A stretch of 63,988 bases of DNA, the filler included, from an uncultured Methanoregulaceae archaeon (GTDB taxonomy: Archaea; Halobacteriota; Methanomicrobia; Methanomicrobiales; Methanospirillaceae): assembly GCA_964530035.1 (NCBI GenBank). It is 9 parts of 9 records of this genome, joined end to end, with 100 filler letters (N's around TTAATTAATTAA, not from the genome) between each part and the next. Parts side by side here need not be neighbours in the genome. Positions count along the whole stretch, not along the records: positions 46,845 to 54,410 come from CAZGXZ010000128.1; positions 54,511 to 62,041 come from CAZGXZ010000129.1; 7 more parts are not named here. The stretch is one strand, 5' to 3'. Under the pieces are notes generated by a model that was given only the letters and a program-made list of their open reading frames with translations, was not told the origin of the DNA and ran no database searches. The position numbers and the translations under genes were made by a program. Numbering within the stretch: position 1 is the stretch's first letter; every line of letters starts with the position of its first letter. Below, in pieces: positions 52,896 through 62,041 of this stretch.

Positions 52896-53567
52896 TTAGT
52901 CCTTGCCGTTCTTCCTGGCATCCGCCATCTGGACATAGATTGTCCGGATAATGCCGTATGCGACCCCGATGGCGCTGAACACCGCGAGGCCGAGGACCAG
53001 GTAGATGACCAGGTCGAAGTTCTCCTGGACGACCGGGAGGGTCCCGATGAAGTACCCGGCAAGGACGAAGCACACCGTCCAGAGAAACGCCCCGAGGATG
53101 TTGTACATGAGGAACGTCCGGTACTGCATCGTCCCGACCCCGGCGAGGAACGGGGCGATTGAACGTACATAGGGGATGAACCGTGCAATCACGATGGTGA
53201 GCCCGCCGTACCGGTCATAGAACCGGCAGGTCTTCTCGATGTGTTCCTTCTTGATGAGGTGCTGGCGGGGGTTGTCGATGAGTTTTCCCCCCAGAAACTG
53301 CCCTATCGTATAGTTGAGGGAGTCCCCGATGACCGCCGCGAGGCCCAGGAGGAGGATGAGGAGGTACACGTCCATGAACCCGTTCGCTGCCGAGGTGCCG
53401 GAAACGAACAGCAGGGAATCTCCGGGTAGGAACGGCATGAAGACCAGTCCGGTCTCGAGCATGATGATCAGGAACAGGATCCCATAGGTGACGGCACCGT
53501 ACTGGCTGACGATAAGGGGGAGATTCTGGTCGATATTGAGCAGAAATTCAAGGATCCCGGGGATCAT
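52896..53567 (-). CDS. DedA/VTT family membrane protein
   Basis: ETGLV..PFLPGDSLLF, ARFIPYVR..APF.AG. Confidence 0.93.
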   Translation of the reverse strand: MIPGILEFLLNIDQNLPLIVSQYGAVTYGILFLIIMLETGLVFMPFLPGDSLLFVSGTSAANGFMDVYLLILLLGLAAVIGDSLNYTIGQFLGGKLIDNPRQHLIKKEHIEKTCRFYDRYGGLTIVIARFIPYVRSIAPFLAGVGTMQYRTFLMYNILGAFLWTVCFVLAGYFIGTLPVVQENFDLVIYLVLGLAVFSAIGVAYGIIRTIYVQMADARKNGKD

Positions 53568-53735
53568 ATGTCGATTTATATTTAACCGGGCAGTATATCA
53601 ACCTCCTCAGGCCTTCGGCCGGACACCTTCTGATGGTTATTTGAGGGGATCGGGACGATAGAATAAGGACAGATCCCCCTTCCCGGTCTGCAGGAAACAG
53701 GGGAGGATCCAGACAACGTTCCGGTGGAATGGCCC

Positions 53736-54077
53736 ATGCACGAATACGGCATCGCATATGACCTCTGCACGACCGCACGAAAGGCCGCCATTGACAACCA
53801 CGCACAGCGTGTCACCCGTGTCCTTGTGGAGATTGGCGAGATGGCGATGGTGAACCCCGAACAGCTCGAGTTTCTCTTCAACGTCATCTGTGAAGACGAC
53901 CCGCTCCTCAAGGGGGCCAGGCTCGAGAGCGAAGTGATCGTGCCCCACACGCGCTGTCCCTGCGGCTACGAGGGACCAGAACGGTTTGTCTGCCCGCGGT
54001 GCGGGGCGCTTCCCGAGATCGTGCGCGGGCGGGAGATCTTTGTCCGGAACGTGGAGATCGAGGTGGACGATTCGTGA
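53736..54077 (+). CDS. hypA: Hydrogenase maturation Ni chaperone HypA
   Basis: MHEYG, IGEMAMVNPEQL, CPCG..CPRCG, GRE. Confidence 0.93.
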   Translation: MHEYGIAYDLCTTARKAAIDNHAQRVTRVLVEIGEMAMVNPEQLEFLFNVICEDDPLLKGARLESEVIVPHTRCPCGYEGPERFVCPRCGALPEIVRGREIFVRNVEIEVDDS

Positions 54078-54410
54078 AGGTTTCAATGATGCATGGTGCG
54101 GGCGGGGAGGTCATGGCCGAGCTCCTCGCGGTCCTCACCAGGATGGAACATACGAATGCCGGCGGGATCGGGCTCGAGGCCATGGACGATGGTGCGGTTA
54201 TCCCGGTGAACGGGACCAATATCGTTTTCACGACCGATTCCCACATCGTCCGACCGGTCTTCTTCCCTGGTGGCGACATCGGCAGGATCGCGGTTTCGGG
54301 TACGGTGAACGACCTGGCTATGATGGGCGGACGACCGGTCGCCCTCTCCTGCGGGATGATCATCGAGGAAGGCTATGACGTCGCCGACCTCGAACGGATC
54401 GTCCGGTCCA
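54074..54410 (+). CDS. hypE: Hydrogenase maturation protein HypE, truncated
   Basis: MHGAGG, DDGA, FTTDSH, FPGGDIG..AV.GTVNDLAM. Confidence 0.93.
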
Positions 54411-54510
54411 NNNNNNNNNNNNNNNNNNNNNNNNNNNNNNNNNNNNNNNNNNNNTTAATTAATTAANNNNNNNNNNNNNNNNNNNNNNNNNNNNNNNNNN
54501 NNNNNNNNNN
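54411..54510. other. Artificial contig-join spacer
   Basis: N-run with TTAATTAATTAA. Confidence 0.98.
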
Positions 54511-55172
54511 TGGAACTCTTCACCCAGATCGCCGCCCACGACCTGCAGGAACCCATCCGGACGATTGTAGCGTTCTCCCAGATCCTCCGGAAGGAGTCCG
54601 GACAGGGCTGCAGCCCGGCTTCAGAGAAATACCTGCAGAATATTGAAAATGCCGGTCGCCGGATGAACGACCTCGTCAACGACCTTCGGACGTACTCGGG
54701 TATACGTCCGGACAAGATCGCTCTCAGACGCGTGGACATGGAAAAGGTCCTTCGTGCGGCACTGGATAACCTCACCCTTGAGATCGGGGAGAACCATGCG
54801 TCCATAACCCATGACCCCCTCCCGGAAGTCTGCGTCCAGAAGACCCAGTTTATCCAGGTGTTCCAGAACCTCGTTGACAATGCCATAAAATTCAGGAGAG
54901 CGGAGGTCCCGCCAGAGGTGCATGTGTCCGTGTCCCCCCTCGACGCCATGTGGAAGTTTTCAATCCGGGACAACGGCATCGGCATCAGGCAGCAGTACTT
55001 TGAAAAAATCTTTGTCCTTTTTGAACGCCTGCACACCCGCGAGACCTTCTCCGGGACCGGGCTCGGCCTTGCACTCTGTAAAAGGGTCGTCGAGGGCCAC
55101 GGTGGCACGATCTGGGTGGAATCAGAAATCGACAAGGGTTCCACCTTCCATTTTACCGTTCCACGGACCTGA
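54511..55172 (+). CDS. Sensor histidine kinase, C-terminal part
   Basis: AHDLQEPIR H-box, QNLVDNAIKF, DNGIG, GTGLGL, GSTFHF. Confidence 0.92.
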
Positions 55173-55317
55173 ACCGGTGAGCGGTGATTGCGTCAACCCG
55201 GAGCCAGGGGGTTCCGGTCATAGTTTCTGTGCGGTTATTCAGCAGGCAAAGGTCAGGATGCCCGGGTCCTGGAGATTTACTCAGGGATAAGCAGGCTTCC
55301 CGATGTGTCAGGGCTGG

Positions 55318-55900
55318 CCCCTTATAACGGGGGTGAATACCATTGACGATGGAGTGGAGTTCAGCAGAGCCTGAAAATCACAATTTTAACGAATAATTCT
55401 TTCCTGAATGTCATAATTGCCAGGTAACCCGCATGATTGAAGAAACGCGGTCTCGAATTTTCAGACCTTCCGGGATGAGTCCAGACCTTACCGGATACAA
55501 GCAGCCTCACCTTTCCCGGTAGCCCATTCCCATCAACCCTTCAGTGGGGGCATGCCCCCACACCCCCGGAAGGATACCCTGCCGCTCCCGAAGGGCGCCC
55601 CGGCGGCGGTCTCACGGCCTTTCATGAAGATGATAACTGCAAAATCTCGCGGAAGATGATAACTGCAAAAACCATACCACAAACAACCAGGATACAGGAA
55701 TCGCCTACGGTTTGCCACGGCTATCGTATGCAGGGGGTTTGGGGGGCGGCAGCCACCCGGTTCTCATTCCTCTCTTCCTCGGCCTGTTCGAGGTGAAAAC
55801 CAAAAATCAGCTCTTTTGAAACCCTGATATCAGAATTGCAGCTGATGGAGACCTCTTATAATGGGGTAAATAAAGTGAAGGTCGAAAGGATTTCAAAAAG
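55318..55900. repeat. Dispersed structured non-coding repeat, copy B (full ~534-nt unit plus restart)
   Basis: Colinear with 63513-63988; cttata..ggggt block recurs at 55321 and 55855; multiple hairpins. Confidence 0.9.
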
Positions 55901-56075
55901 CCGTTTTTTCGGATCTGATTGCCAAACATATTTTTAGTAGCGTAAGACAGACTCCTGTTCTCCCCGGCTCACCACGAACGTTCCTTGATCTGACTCCTCT
56001 CTTATATTCGTGAGCCTTTTCCGGGAGATTTCCAACTTTCTGAAGGAAAGCCCCGTCAGGTCCCATCCGCAGTCC

Positions 56076-56738
56076 TCACCACCCTATTGCGTATGTGGAA
56101 TAGATCATCACGAACGAGATGATTCCGACGATAATCCCGGCCTTTTTCGTGTTCAGGTTGAGCTGTCCAGCCCAGACGACGGCGATTCCTGCCAGCATGA
56201 GGATGGAGACGGTGTGCGAGACGAACACCGCCCACCTGACCGTGTTGAAGATGAAATAAGGGGCCATGACCGGGAAGACGAGGACGAAGTCGATGATGAC
56301 CGTGGCGATGGCCGCATACCAGTCCTCCCTGGCCGGGGGGTACCGCTGCCTGGGCACGGGCTTTCCGGCCCCGATCATGTCGACCACCGCCGCCTGACCA
56401 GCCTCGTCCAGGTTCTCGGCGATGGTGCCCTGGAGTGCCCGGGCGACCGCCTCCCTCTTTTCGGGGCTGGCCGGGTCTGCCCTGAACGCGTTCGCCGTCC
56501 GGCTGAAATCTGCACGGTTGGCCAGACCGCCGTACATGCTCGTGACCCCGTCGATGATCCCCCAGGAGATGTTGACGGCGAACGTCCCGAAGAGCAGGAG
56601 CCGGAGCGTGCTATCCGTCGGCGGCAGACCGACATTGATCATCCCGGTAAGGATGACGGCCATCACGACCCCGTAAAACAGCTCGGACAGCCGCTGGCCG
56701 GGGGAGAGCCAGGTCCTCACAAACGTGACAAGCCTCAT
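56076..56738 (-). CDS. VIT1/CCC1-like membrane protein
   Basis: RLSELFYGVVM, NISWGIIDG, ~5 TM helices. Confidence 0.7.
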   Translation of the reverse strand: MRLVTFVRTWLSPGQRLSELFYGVVMAVILTGMINVGLPPTDSTLRLLLFGTFAVNISWGIIDGVTSMYGGLANRADFSRTANAFRADPASPEKREAVARALQGTIAENLDEAGQAAVVDMIGAGKPVPRQRYPPAREDWYAAIATVIIDFVLVFPVMAPYFIFNTVRWAVFVSHTVSILMLAGIAVVWAGQLNLNTKKAGIIVGIISFVMIYSTYAIGW

Positions 56739-57117
56739 GTGCTCACCGGTCCCCGTATCCGGCCCGCCGGCCCCTGCCTCCGGGCAGCCTGTTCGCGGGT
56801 GACGGTCAGAATGTTCCCTTCGTCCGGCTGGAGGCCCGGATGCCAGGTGGTTGCCGGTATGTGCACACGCTCCTGGAAGAGTGTGCTCGATGAAAGGGAA
56901 TATAGGCGACGGTGATCAGGGAACCGCCTCATGCAATAGATCCAGGCAATGGTATCAGGGAACACCATTCCGTAATAGCATCACGTATCCGCCTTAGGGT
57001 ACAGCCTTTGGCAATAGCATCAGGCAAACCCTCCTTGCAAAGGTATCCGAACGCCTCTGCCGCTCCCCCGTCAGGGGTGTTCACGAAATCCTTGAGACCG
57101 TCCGGTTTTCTTCACCA

Positions 57118-57303
57118 TCAGTTCACTGCAAACCTCGTCGCGAGGATAACCTCGTCCCCGGTGTCAGGGGGATGGTGGGAAGGGGCCGGTTCAACCGGAA
57201 AGATACTGTGACATGCCCTGCACTCCCACATCCGGTGGTTGAACGCCGGTGCGGTCCAGAGTGAACCGCAGCCGGGACACCTCGCCCATAGCTCCTGGGT
57301 CAT
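57118..57303 (-). CDS. Small zinc-ribbon-like hypothetical protein
   Basis: RCPGCG...WECRACH in a 61-aa ORF. Confidence 0.4.
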   Translation of the reverse strand: MTQELWARCPGCGSLWTAPAFNHRMWECRACHSIFPVEPAPSHHPPDTGDEVILATRFAVN

Positions 57304-57673
57304 GGGATATGCGTCGTCCCTCCCACACATGAGGGTGGTGGCATGGGGAGGGTGAAAGTGAGGGGTTGGGTTTCCGTGTGAAACCCAATGGGTGCCGGTC
57401 TGGTCGGGAATTTCCCTGGTCAGATGGGAATGATATGTTTTGGATATGGCCTGGGTAATGTTGTCACCTGCTCACCGGGTATCAAATGTACCAACTCCTA
57501 TGCCTGAATGACCTGCGGTCAGTACGGATTCAGTGTCAAATCCACCTATTATAGGCATTTCCCTGGTTTTCAGCCCGGGGTACACAGGTCTTGTGAGGAT
57601 AGTATCATTCAGGGTTGAATGGTAATGCGTATCGGGGGAGGAGGGCCTGGGATGGACAGCGGATCATATGATA

Positions 57674-57857
57674 CGTGATGGGAAACGGGTACCTGGGGGA
57701 TTCGTTAAAAGGTATTTATTTTGAGGAAAAGGGATTTTCACTTGATTTCGCGGACGATAGTACCCCCGGGTTTAGCAGACGAAGAGGAGCCAAAAACAGA
57801 TGATGAGATGGATGATTTCGAGTCCGGACCTGGATACTTTTCGGGATCAAGTCCCCT
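57674..57857. repeat. Direct repeat of 59049-59231 (shared 3' gene tail and downstream flank)
   Basis: 184 vs 183 nt, highly similar with one indel. Confidence 0.92.
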
Positions 57858-58187
57858 TGCAGGATCAAACGTTCCATCCAACTGGAATTACAATCCATTC
57901 AAAGGATTGTAATTTCCTGTTCTCCAATATTGTTTGCCTTTTAAAGCAGGAGAATCGTATCTTCTCACAAAACGGTAATTAGCAAAATCCAAGACCCCAT
58001 TTTCCGCTTGCAGAGTTATATAATAATGATTAAGGAGCAATTCGGGCTGACTGCACGATCCTGCACTCCGACTTCTTCCAGGAACTGCCTGGGAGACTAA
58101 AGGTATCCCGGTTGCATTGCACCCTGACCAAGACTGCCGGTAGTACTCACTAAATCGGAGAGTAACAACTTTCCAGACCAATTTCAC
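57716..58187 (-). pseudogene. Disrupted gene carrying the Ser-rich tail of 59091-59603
   Basis: In-frame TAA at 57888-57890 followed by FQLDGTFDPARGLDPEKYPGPDSKSS; frameshift before LSSAKSSENPFSSK. Confidence 0.6.
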
Positions 58188-58425
58188 TTACTGTGCGATC
58201 TGTCGCCCAAGATTTGGGTTGCAAAGGGCTTGAGCCGTATGAATCGAAAGATTCACGTACGGTTCTTATAAGGGGGAGGTGGAGTAATTCACTTTCGCTA
58301 TCCGACTAATCTATTAGGCTCATCAAAAAAAGATCCTGACCCCTGATAAATCCATCATCGTTGGTTAAAAAGGGTCTAATCCAAATTATAGCAGGTTCAC
58401 CGGGATATTCTGGCATAATTATGTT

Positions 58426-58884
58426 TCAACGAAAGTACGGATCATACGGTCGCTGTGTAATGGAGAGGAGGAATGAGGGGGACTGTGTTATGGGCTCCGT
58501 GGTCGGGATAGGGGTTTGAATCTGTATATCTGTAACAGGGTATCTGGGGAACTGGAATAGGGTTGGTTCGGGATACGGATTTAAATTTAACGGGGTTGTA
58601 GAAATGCTTATAACCTCCTCCTTCCAGCAAATCTCATCGCGATGCAATACCTTATCTCCACAGCAGGATCTGTTAACCTCATCCTTGAGAAACAACATAT
58701 CATAGCAACAGATTTCGCTGGATTCATTGTAAACCAGGTCTCCACAACATTTCTGATTGGCCTGTAACTGACATCCGCTTTTGCATGAACTGCCTTGTTT
58801 GCATGGAGTTAGACATCCTGTTACTAATAAGGTCAAGATGATAAGAAGGATGAGGTACGGGATTGTGGGGGATCTCGTCTCCAT
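58426..58884 (-). CDS. Cys-Cys-repeat (galaxin-like) lipoprotein
   Basis: Lipobox LVTGC; PC..G.SC.SGC, three CC pairs, Pro/Thr tail. Confidence 0.75.
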   Translation of the reverse strand: METRSPTIPYLILLIILTLLVTGCLTPCKQGSSCKSGCQLQANQKCCGDLVYNESSEICCYDMLFLKDEVNRSCCGDKVLHRDEICWKEEVISISTTPLNLNPYPEPTLFQFPRYPVTDIQIQTPIPTTEPITQSPSFLLSITQRPYDPYFR

Positions 58885-59048
58885 AAAAAGAGATCAATAC
58901 GTACAAGACATTGAATGTTATGGCTAGATACCGAAGGATCCTTGTAAAAATGGAAGTAATTGTTGGACGATTGAGATTTCTGATTCTACAGTACTTCGCT
59001 AAATCACCTTCTGAAAAATGATATTCAGCATCTATACACATCCAGATC

Positions 59049-59231
59049 CGTGATGGCAGACGGGTGCCTGCGGGACCCATTAAAAGGTGTTTATTTTGAG
59101 GAAAAGGGATTGTCGCTTGATTTCGCCGACGATAATATCCCGGGTTTTGCAGACGAAGAGGAGCCAAAGACAGATGATGAGCTGGATGATTTCGAGTTCG
59201 GACCTGGATACTTTTCGGGATCAAGTCCTCT
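59049..59231. repeat. Direct repeat of 57674-57857
   Basis: See above. Confidence 0.92.
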
Positions 59232-59603
59232 GTACTCATCGGATGAGGAGGTATCCGGAATCCAGGAGGTTGGCATGGTACCTGTGGAATACACGGGTCG
59301 CTTTTTCACCGCCTTTCCATCAATGCACTCATACTCCTCCTTTGGGTAGGGTGACCCGCTGCAACAGATTGTCGTTGCCTTGACAATTATTTTGGCATTG
59401 CAGCAGTCATCATACGTGGAATTGATGACCTGGCCATTGCAGCACATCTGGTCAGGTTGTATCAGACATCCACTGTCACATGAATTTCCAGGAATGCATG
59501 GAGCACGGGGGTTTATGGAATCACTCATTGTTGTGCATCCGATACCCAGGACAGAACATACAACCATGATACCAATCCCAAGGGTTATTGTATTCATCTC
59601 CAT
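59091..59603 (-). CDS. Cys-Cys-repeat (galaxin-like) lipoprotein, paralog with Ser-rich tail
   Basis: LGIGC lipobox-like; PCIPGNSCDSGC..CCNG..CCNA..CCSG; start uncertain (59597-59669). Confidence 0.75.
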   Translation of the reverse strand: MEMNTITLGIGIMVVCSVLGIGCTTMSDSINPRAPCIPGNSCDSGCLIQPDQMCCNGQVINSTYDDCCNAKIIVKATTICCSGSPYPKEEYECIDGKAVKKRPVYSTGTMPTSWIPDTSSSDEYRGLDPEKYPGPNSKSSSSSSVFGSSSSAKPGILSSAKSSDNPFSSK

Positions 59604-60682
59604 GACAGGGAATGGCATTGCAAGGTCCTTTATCATTTTGGATTGCTTCATCGTGATGACAGGAGCCATTTTTTATCCGCCTCCGTACCGATAATCCATC
59701 ATGGGATTACCCCTGTCGAGACGGGCTATTGCACTCCTTTTCAGTACCTGTATGCCATCACGGGTTGTTGATGCGGCGGATACGTATCCCCCGGTGCATA
59801 TCACATTCTTCCGCAGGGACGGATGGGAGTATGCGTGTAACCTCATGACCCGCCCCTGTCACCATGCCGCACCAGGGCGGACGGCACCCTGCAATACCTG
59901 AAAACCAAGGAATATTTCCCGTAATTTGCGCGTTTACCCGGCCGTTATGCTATTGTCAAACCTATGTCCCGAACAGGTGACCTTTCCAGAAACGGTTGTT
60001 TCATCTCGTGGTATCCCATCAGACCATGAAAACTCCTTATTCTGGCTATTCAGGGAGATTCTGGAGTTCAGGGGAAACACCGGTTCATCGTCAGGAAATA
60101 CCGGCAGGATACGTTATGAACAACTCTAAGTAAGATTAAAAGACTTCATTTTGAAAAAGGAAAGCATACCTTGCATCACTGCGATCCTACCAGAAACCTT
60201 ATCGGGGGTTCAGGGCTATCGTAATTTGGTGCAATTGCCTGGTTACGATTCAGAAATCAATTCTTTTGCCAAACGGACCAAAAATTGCATCAAAGGTGAG
60301 TACATGGAATTCACTCAGCGGTTCCATATGATGCGGGAGAACCACGGTGCCTGGAGATGTCAGAAAGGACAGGACGGCACCACGGCGTCTTTCCTGGATG
60401 AAAGACTTCCCGTCGGCAGGGAGGAAGAACAGTGCAGGACAGTATGATGGTCCCCCGTTTCAGGGGTTATTCACCTACCACAGCGATTACCGATAAACAG
60501 GCGGGACCACTATTATGCTCCGTTTTAAAACCCATTAGGTTTTTGGTCAGGGCAGTGTGATCTCCCATGACCGGCCTCAAAGGACGTTTCAGAGCGGATA
60601 GCATCGGCTGTCCACGGAATGAAAGGTATACCGGACGGCTGGAAGGGGCAGGCCGTACCTGCCCTGGCCGGGTGAACTAGCC

Positions 60683-61033
60683 ATGCCCCGTGAAACATAC
60701 CTCCGGGGGAGGGAGGCAGGGTACATGGCGAGGAAGTACCTCGAGTCCCACGGGTACCAGGTACTTCGGAGTGTCGGGCGGAGTTCGCCCGTCGACCTGG
60801 TCGCATGGGAGGACACCGGGTACCTGCTCCTCGTCCGGGTCAGGCGGACCCGTTATCCCATCAAAGGATCGGACACTGTCAACGCGACCTTTTGCGAGGA
60901 CCTGGCAGCCATGCGGTCCATGGCCCGGCCTTCCCATGCAACGCTCCAGCTCTGGCTCTGGACCGACCGCCTGGGCTTCCGGGTCTTCGAGGTCCTGCAC
61001 GGCGGGACCAGGGAGGTGGGTACCCTTGAGTGA
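60683..61033 (+). CDS. Hjc-like PD-(D/E)XK-fold protein, degenerate active site
   Basis: YLRGREAGY..L...GYQVLRS.G..SPVDLVAW....LLLVRVRR. Confidence 0.7.
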   Translation: MPRETYLRGREAGYMARKYLESHGYQVLRSVGRSSPVDLVAWEDTGYLLLVRVRRTRYPIKGSDTVNATFCEDLAAMRSMARPSHATLQLWLWTDRLGFRVFEVLHGGTREVGTLE

Positions 61034-61295
61034 TACGGCCCGCGACGACTCCCGCATGCTCGAGATACTCGTCGTGACCCAGGTTGAAGACCGGCGGAAA
61101 CGGGTGTGGAGCTCCCGGCAGATCGCAGCAGCCATCCGCTGTCACCCTGACCTGGCCCCGACGTTTTCCTTGAGGGAGACCGGGCTTTCCCAGGCGGTCG
61201 GACGGGCCCTCCATGACTATGGGTGTGCACAGTACCGGAACGGGGGGAGCCGCATCCGGTGGCTCCTCCCCGAGATCAGGGGAGGTCCCGGATGA
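61026..61295 (+). CDS. Small wHTH-like protein (TTG start)
   Basis: GGAGGTGG SD then TTG; WSSRQIAAAI..LSQAVGRAL..YG; overlaps both neighbours. Confidence 0.6.
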   Translation: MSDTARDDSRMLEILVVTQVEDRRKRVWSSRQIAAAIRCHPDLAPTFSLRETGLSQAVGRALHDYGCAQYRNGGSRIRWLLPEIRGGPG

Positions 61296-62041
61296 CCGGC
61301 GAGGTCCTTGCCGCGGCCAGGCTGCTCTTTCAGGCAGGCCAGGTCGTCGAGGTCAGGGCGATCACCGGGAGCGGAGTCGCCTCGGGCTACTTCGACTCGC
61401 TGGAACTCCTTGCACAACGGGCGGAAACCCTCGACAAGGACTTTGACGTGCTCGGGGTCTATGTCACCCTGAACCAGGTGGACCCGGGCCTCATCGCCCG
61501 ACGGGCGAACCGGGTCAAGATGCGCCTCGGACGAAAGGACGCGACCACCGCCGACGGTGACATCGTCAGGCGGCAGTGGTTCCCGGTTGACATCGACCCG
61601 GTCCGGCCGTCCGGGGTCTCGTCAACGGACGAAGAGCATGGGACCGCAATCCGGCGGGCCCGGATGGTCGCCGGTTTCCTCGAAAAAGAATGCGGGTGGC
61701 CCGGACCGGTCCTGGCCGACAGCGGGAACGGGGCCCATCTCCTGTACCGTATCGACCTGCCGAACGATGATGCGTCAAGAGACCTCGTCAGGCGGTGCCT
61801 CGAGGTGCTCGCTGCCCGGTTCGATGACGGGAAGGCGACCGTGGATACGGCGAACTTCAACGCCGCCCGGATATGGAAGCTATACGGGACGGTGTCGCGG
61901 AAAGGCGACGATACCCGGCAGCGCCCGCACCGCCGGGCGGCCGTCCTGGAGAGCCCGGCCCACCCCACCCAGGTTACCACGGATATTCTCGGCCGGCTGA
62001 TGGCGACGGCCCCGCAGGCACCACCAGGAAAAACAGACAGT
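61292..62041 (+). CDS. AEP-superfamily primase/primase-polymerase of mobile-element type, truncated
   Basis: VDIDP (motif I), DSGNGAHL (motif II), D..NFNAARIWKLYGT (motif III). Confidence 0.8.

Larger units (their letters stand above)
60683..62041 (+). mobile_element. Replication module of a probable integrated plasmid/provirus-like element (truncated by contig end)
   Basis: Coupled Hjc-like nuclease, small wHTH and non-PriS AEP primase genes; GC-rich block abutting an AT-richer cargo region. Confidence 0.55.

Noticed and set aside
55626..55670. Mini CRISPR array (19-nt direct repeat x2)
   Set aside because: Only two units with a 7-nt spacer and no cas genes; part of the larger repeat.
55533..55718. 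Short ORFs within the repeat (also 63679-63876)
   Set aside because: On opposite strands in the two copies, not mutually conserved, and composition reflects GC hairpins.
55836..55850. TTGCAGCTGA block as an ORB/replication origin
   Set aside because: Only loose similarity to mini-ORB, dispersed singly, no cdc6/orc1 nearby.
57110..57125. TGA read-through (selenocysteine) extending the small Cys ORF
   Set aside because: Two close TGAs, no selenoprotein-like context or SECIS evident, and this lineage is not known to use Sec.
59050..59349. Acidic + strand ORF (and 57721-57912) as the real gene in the duplicated segment
   Set aside because: Antisense of the Ser-rich tail; the minus-strand frame has a signal peptide and a paralogous Cys pattern. 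Not strictly excluded.
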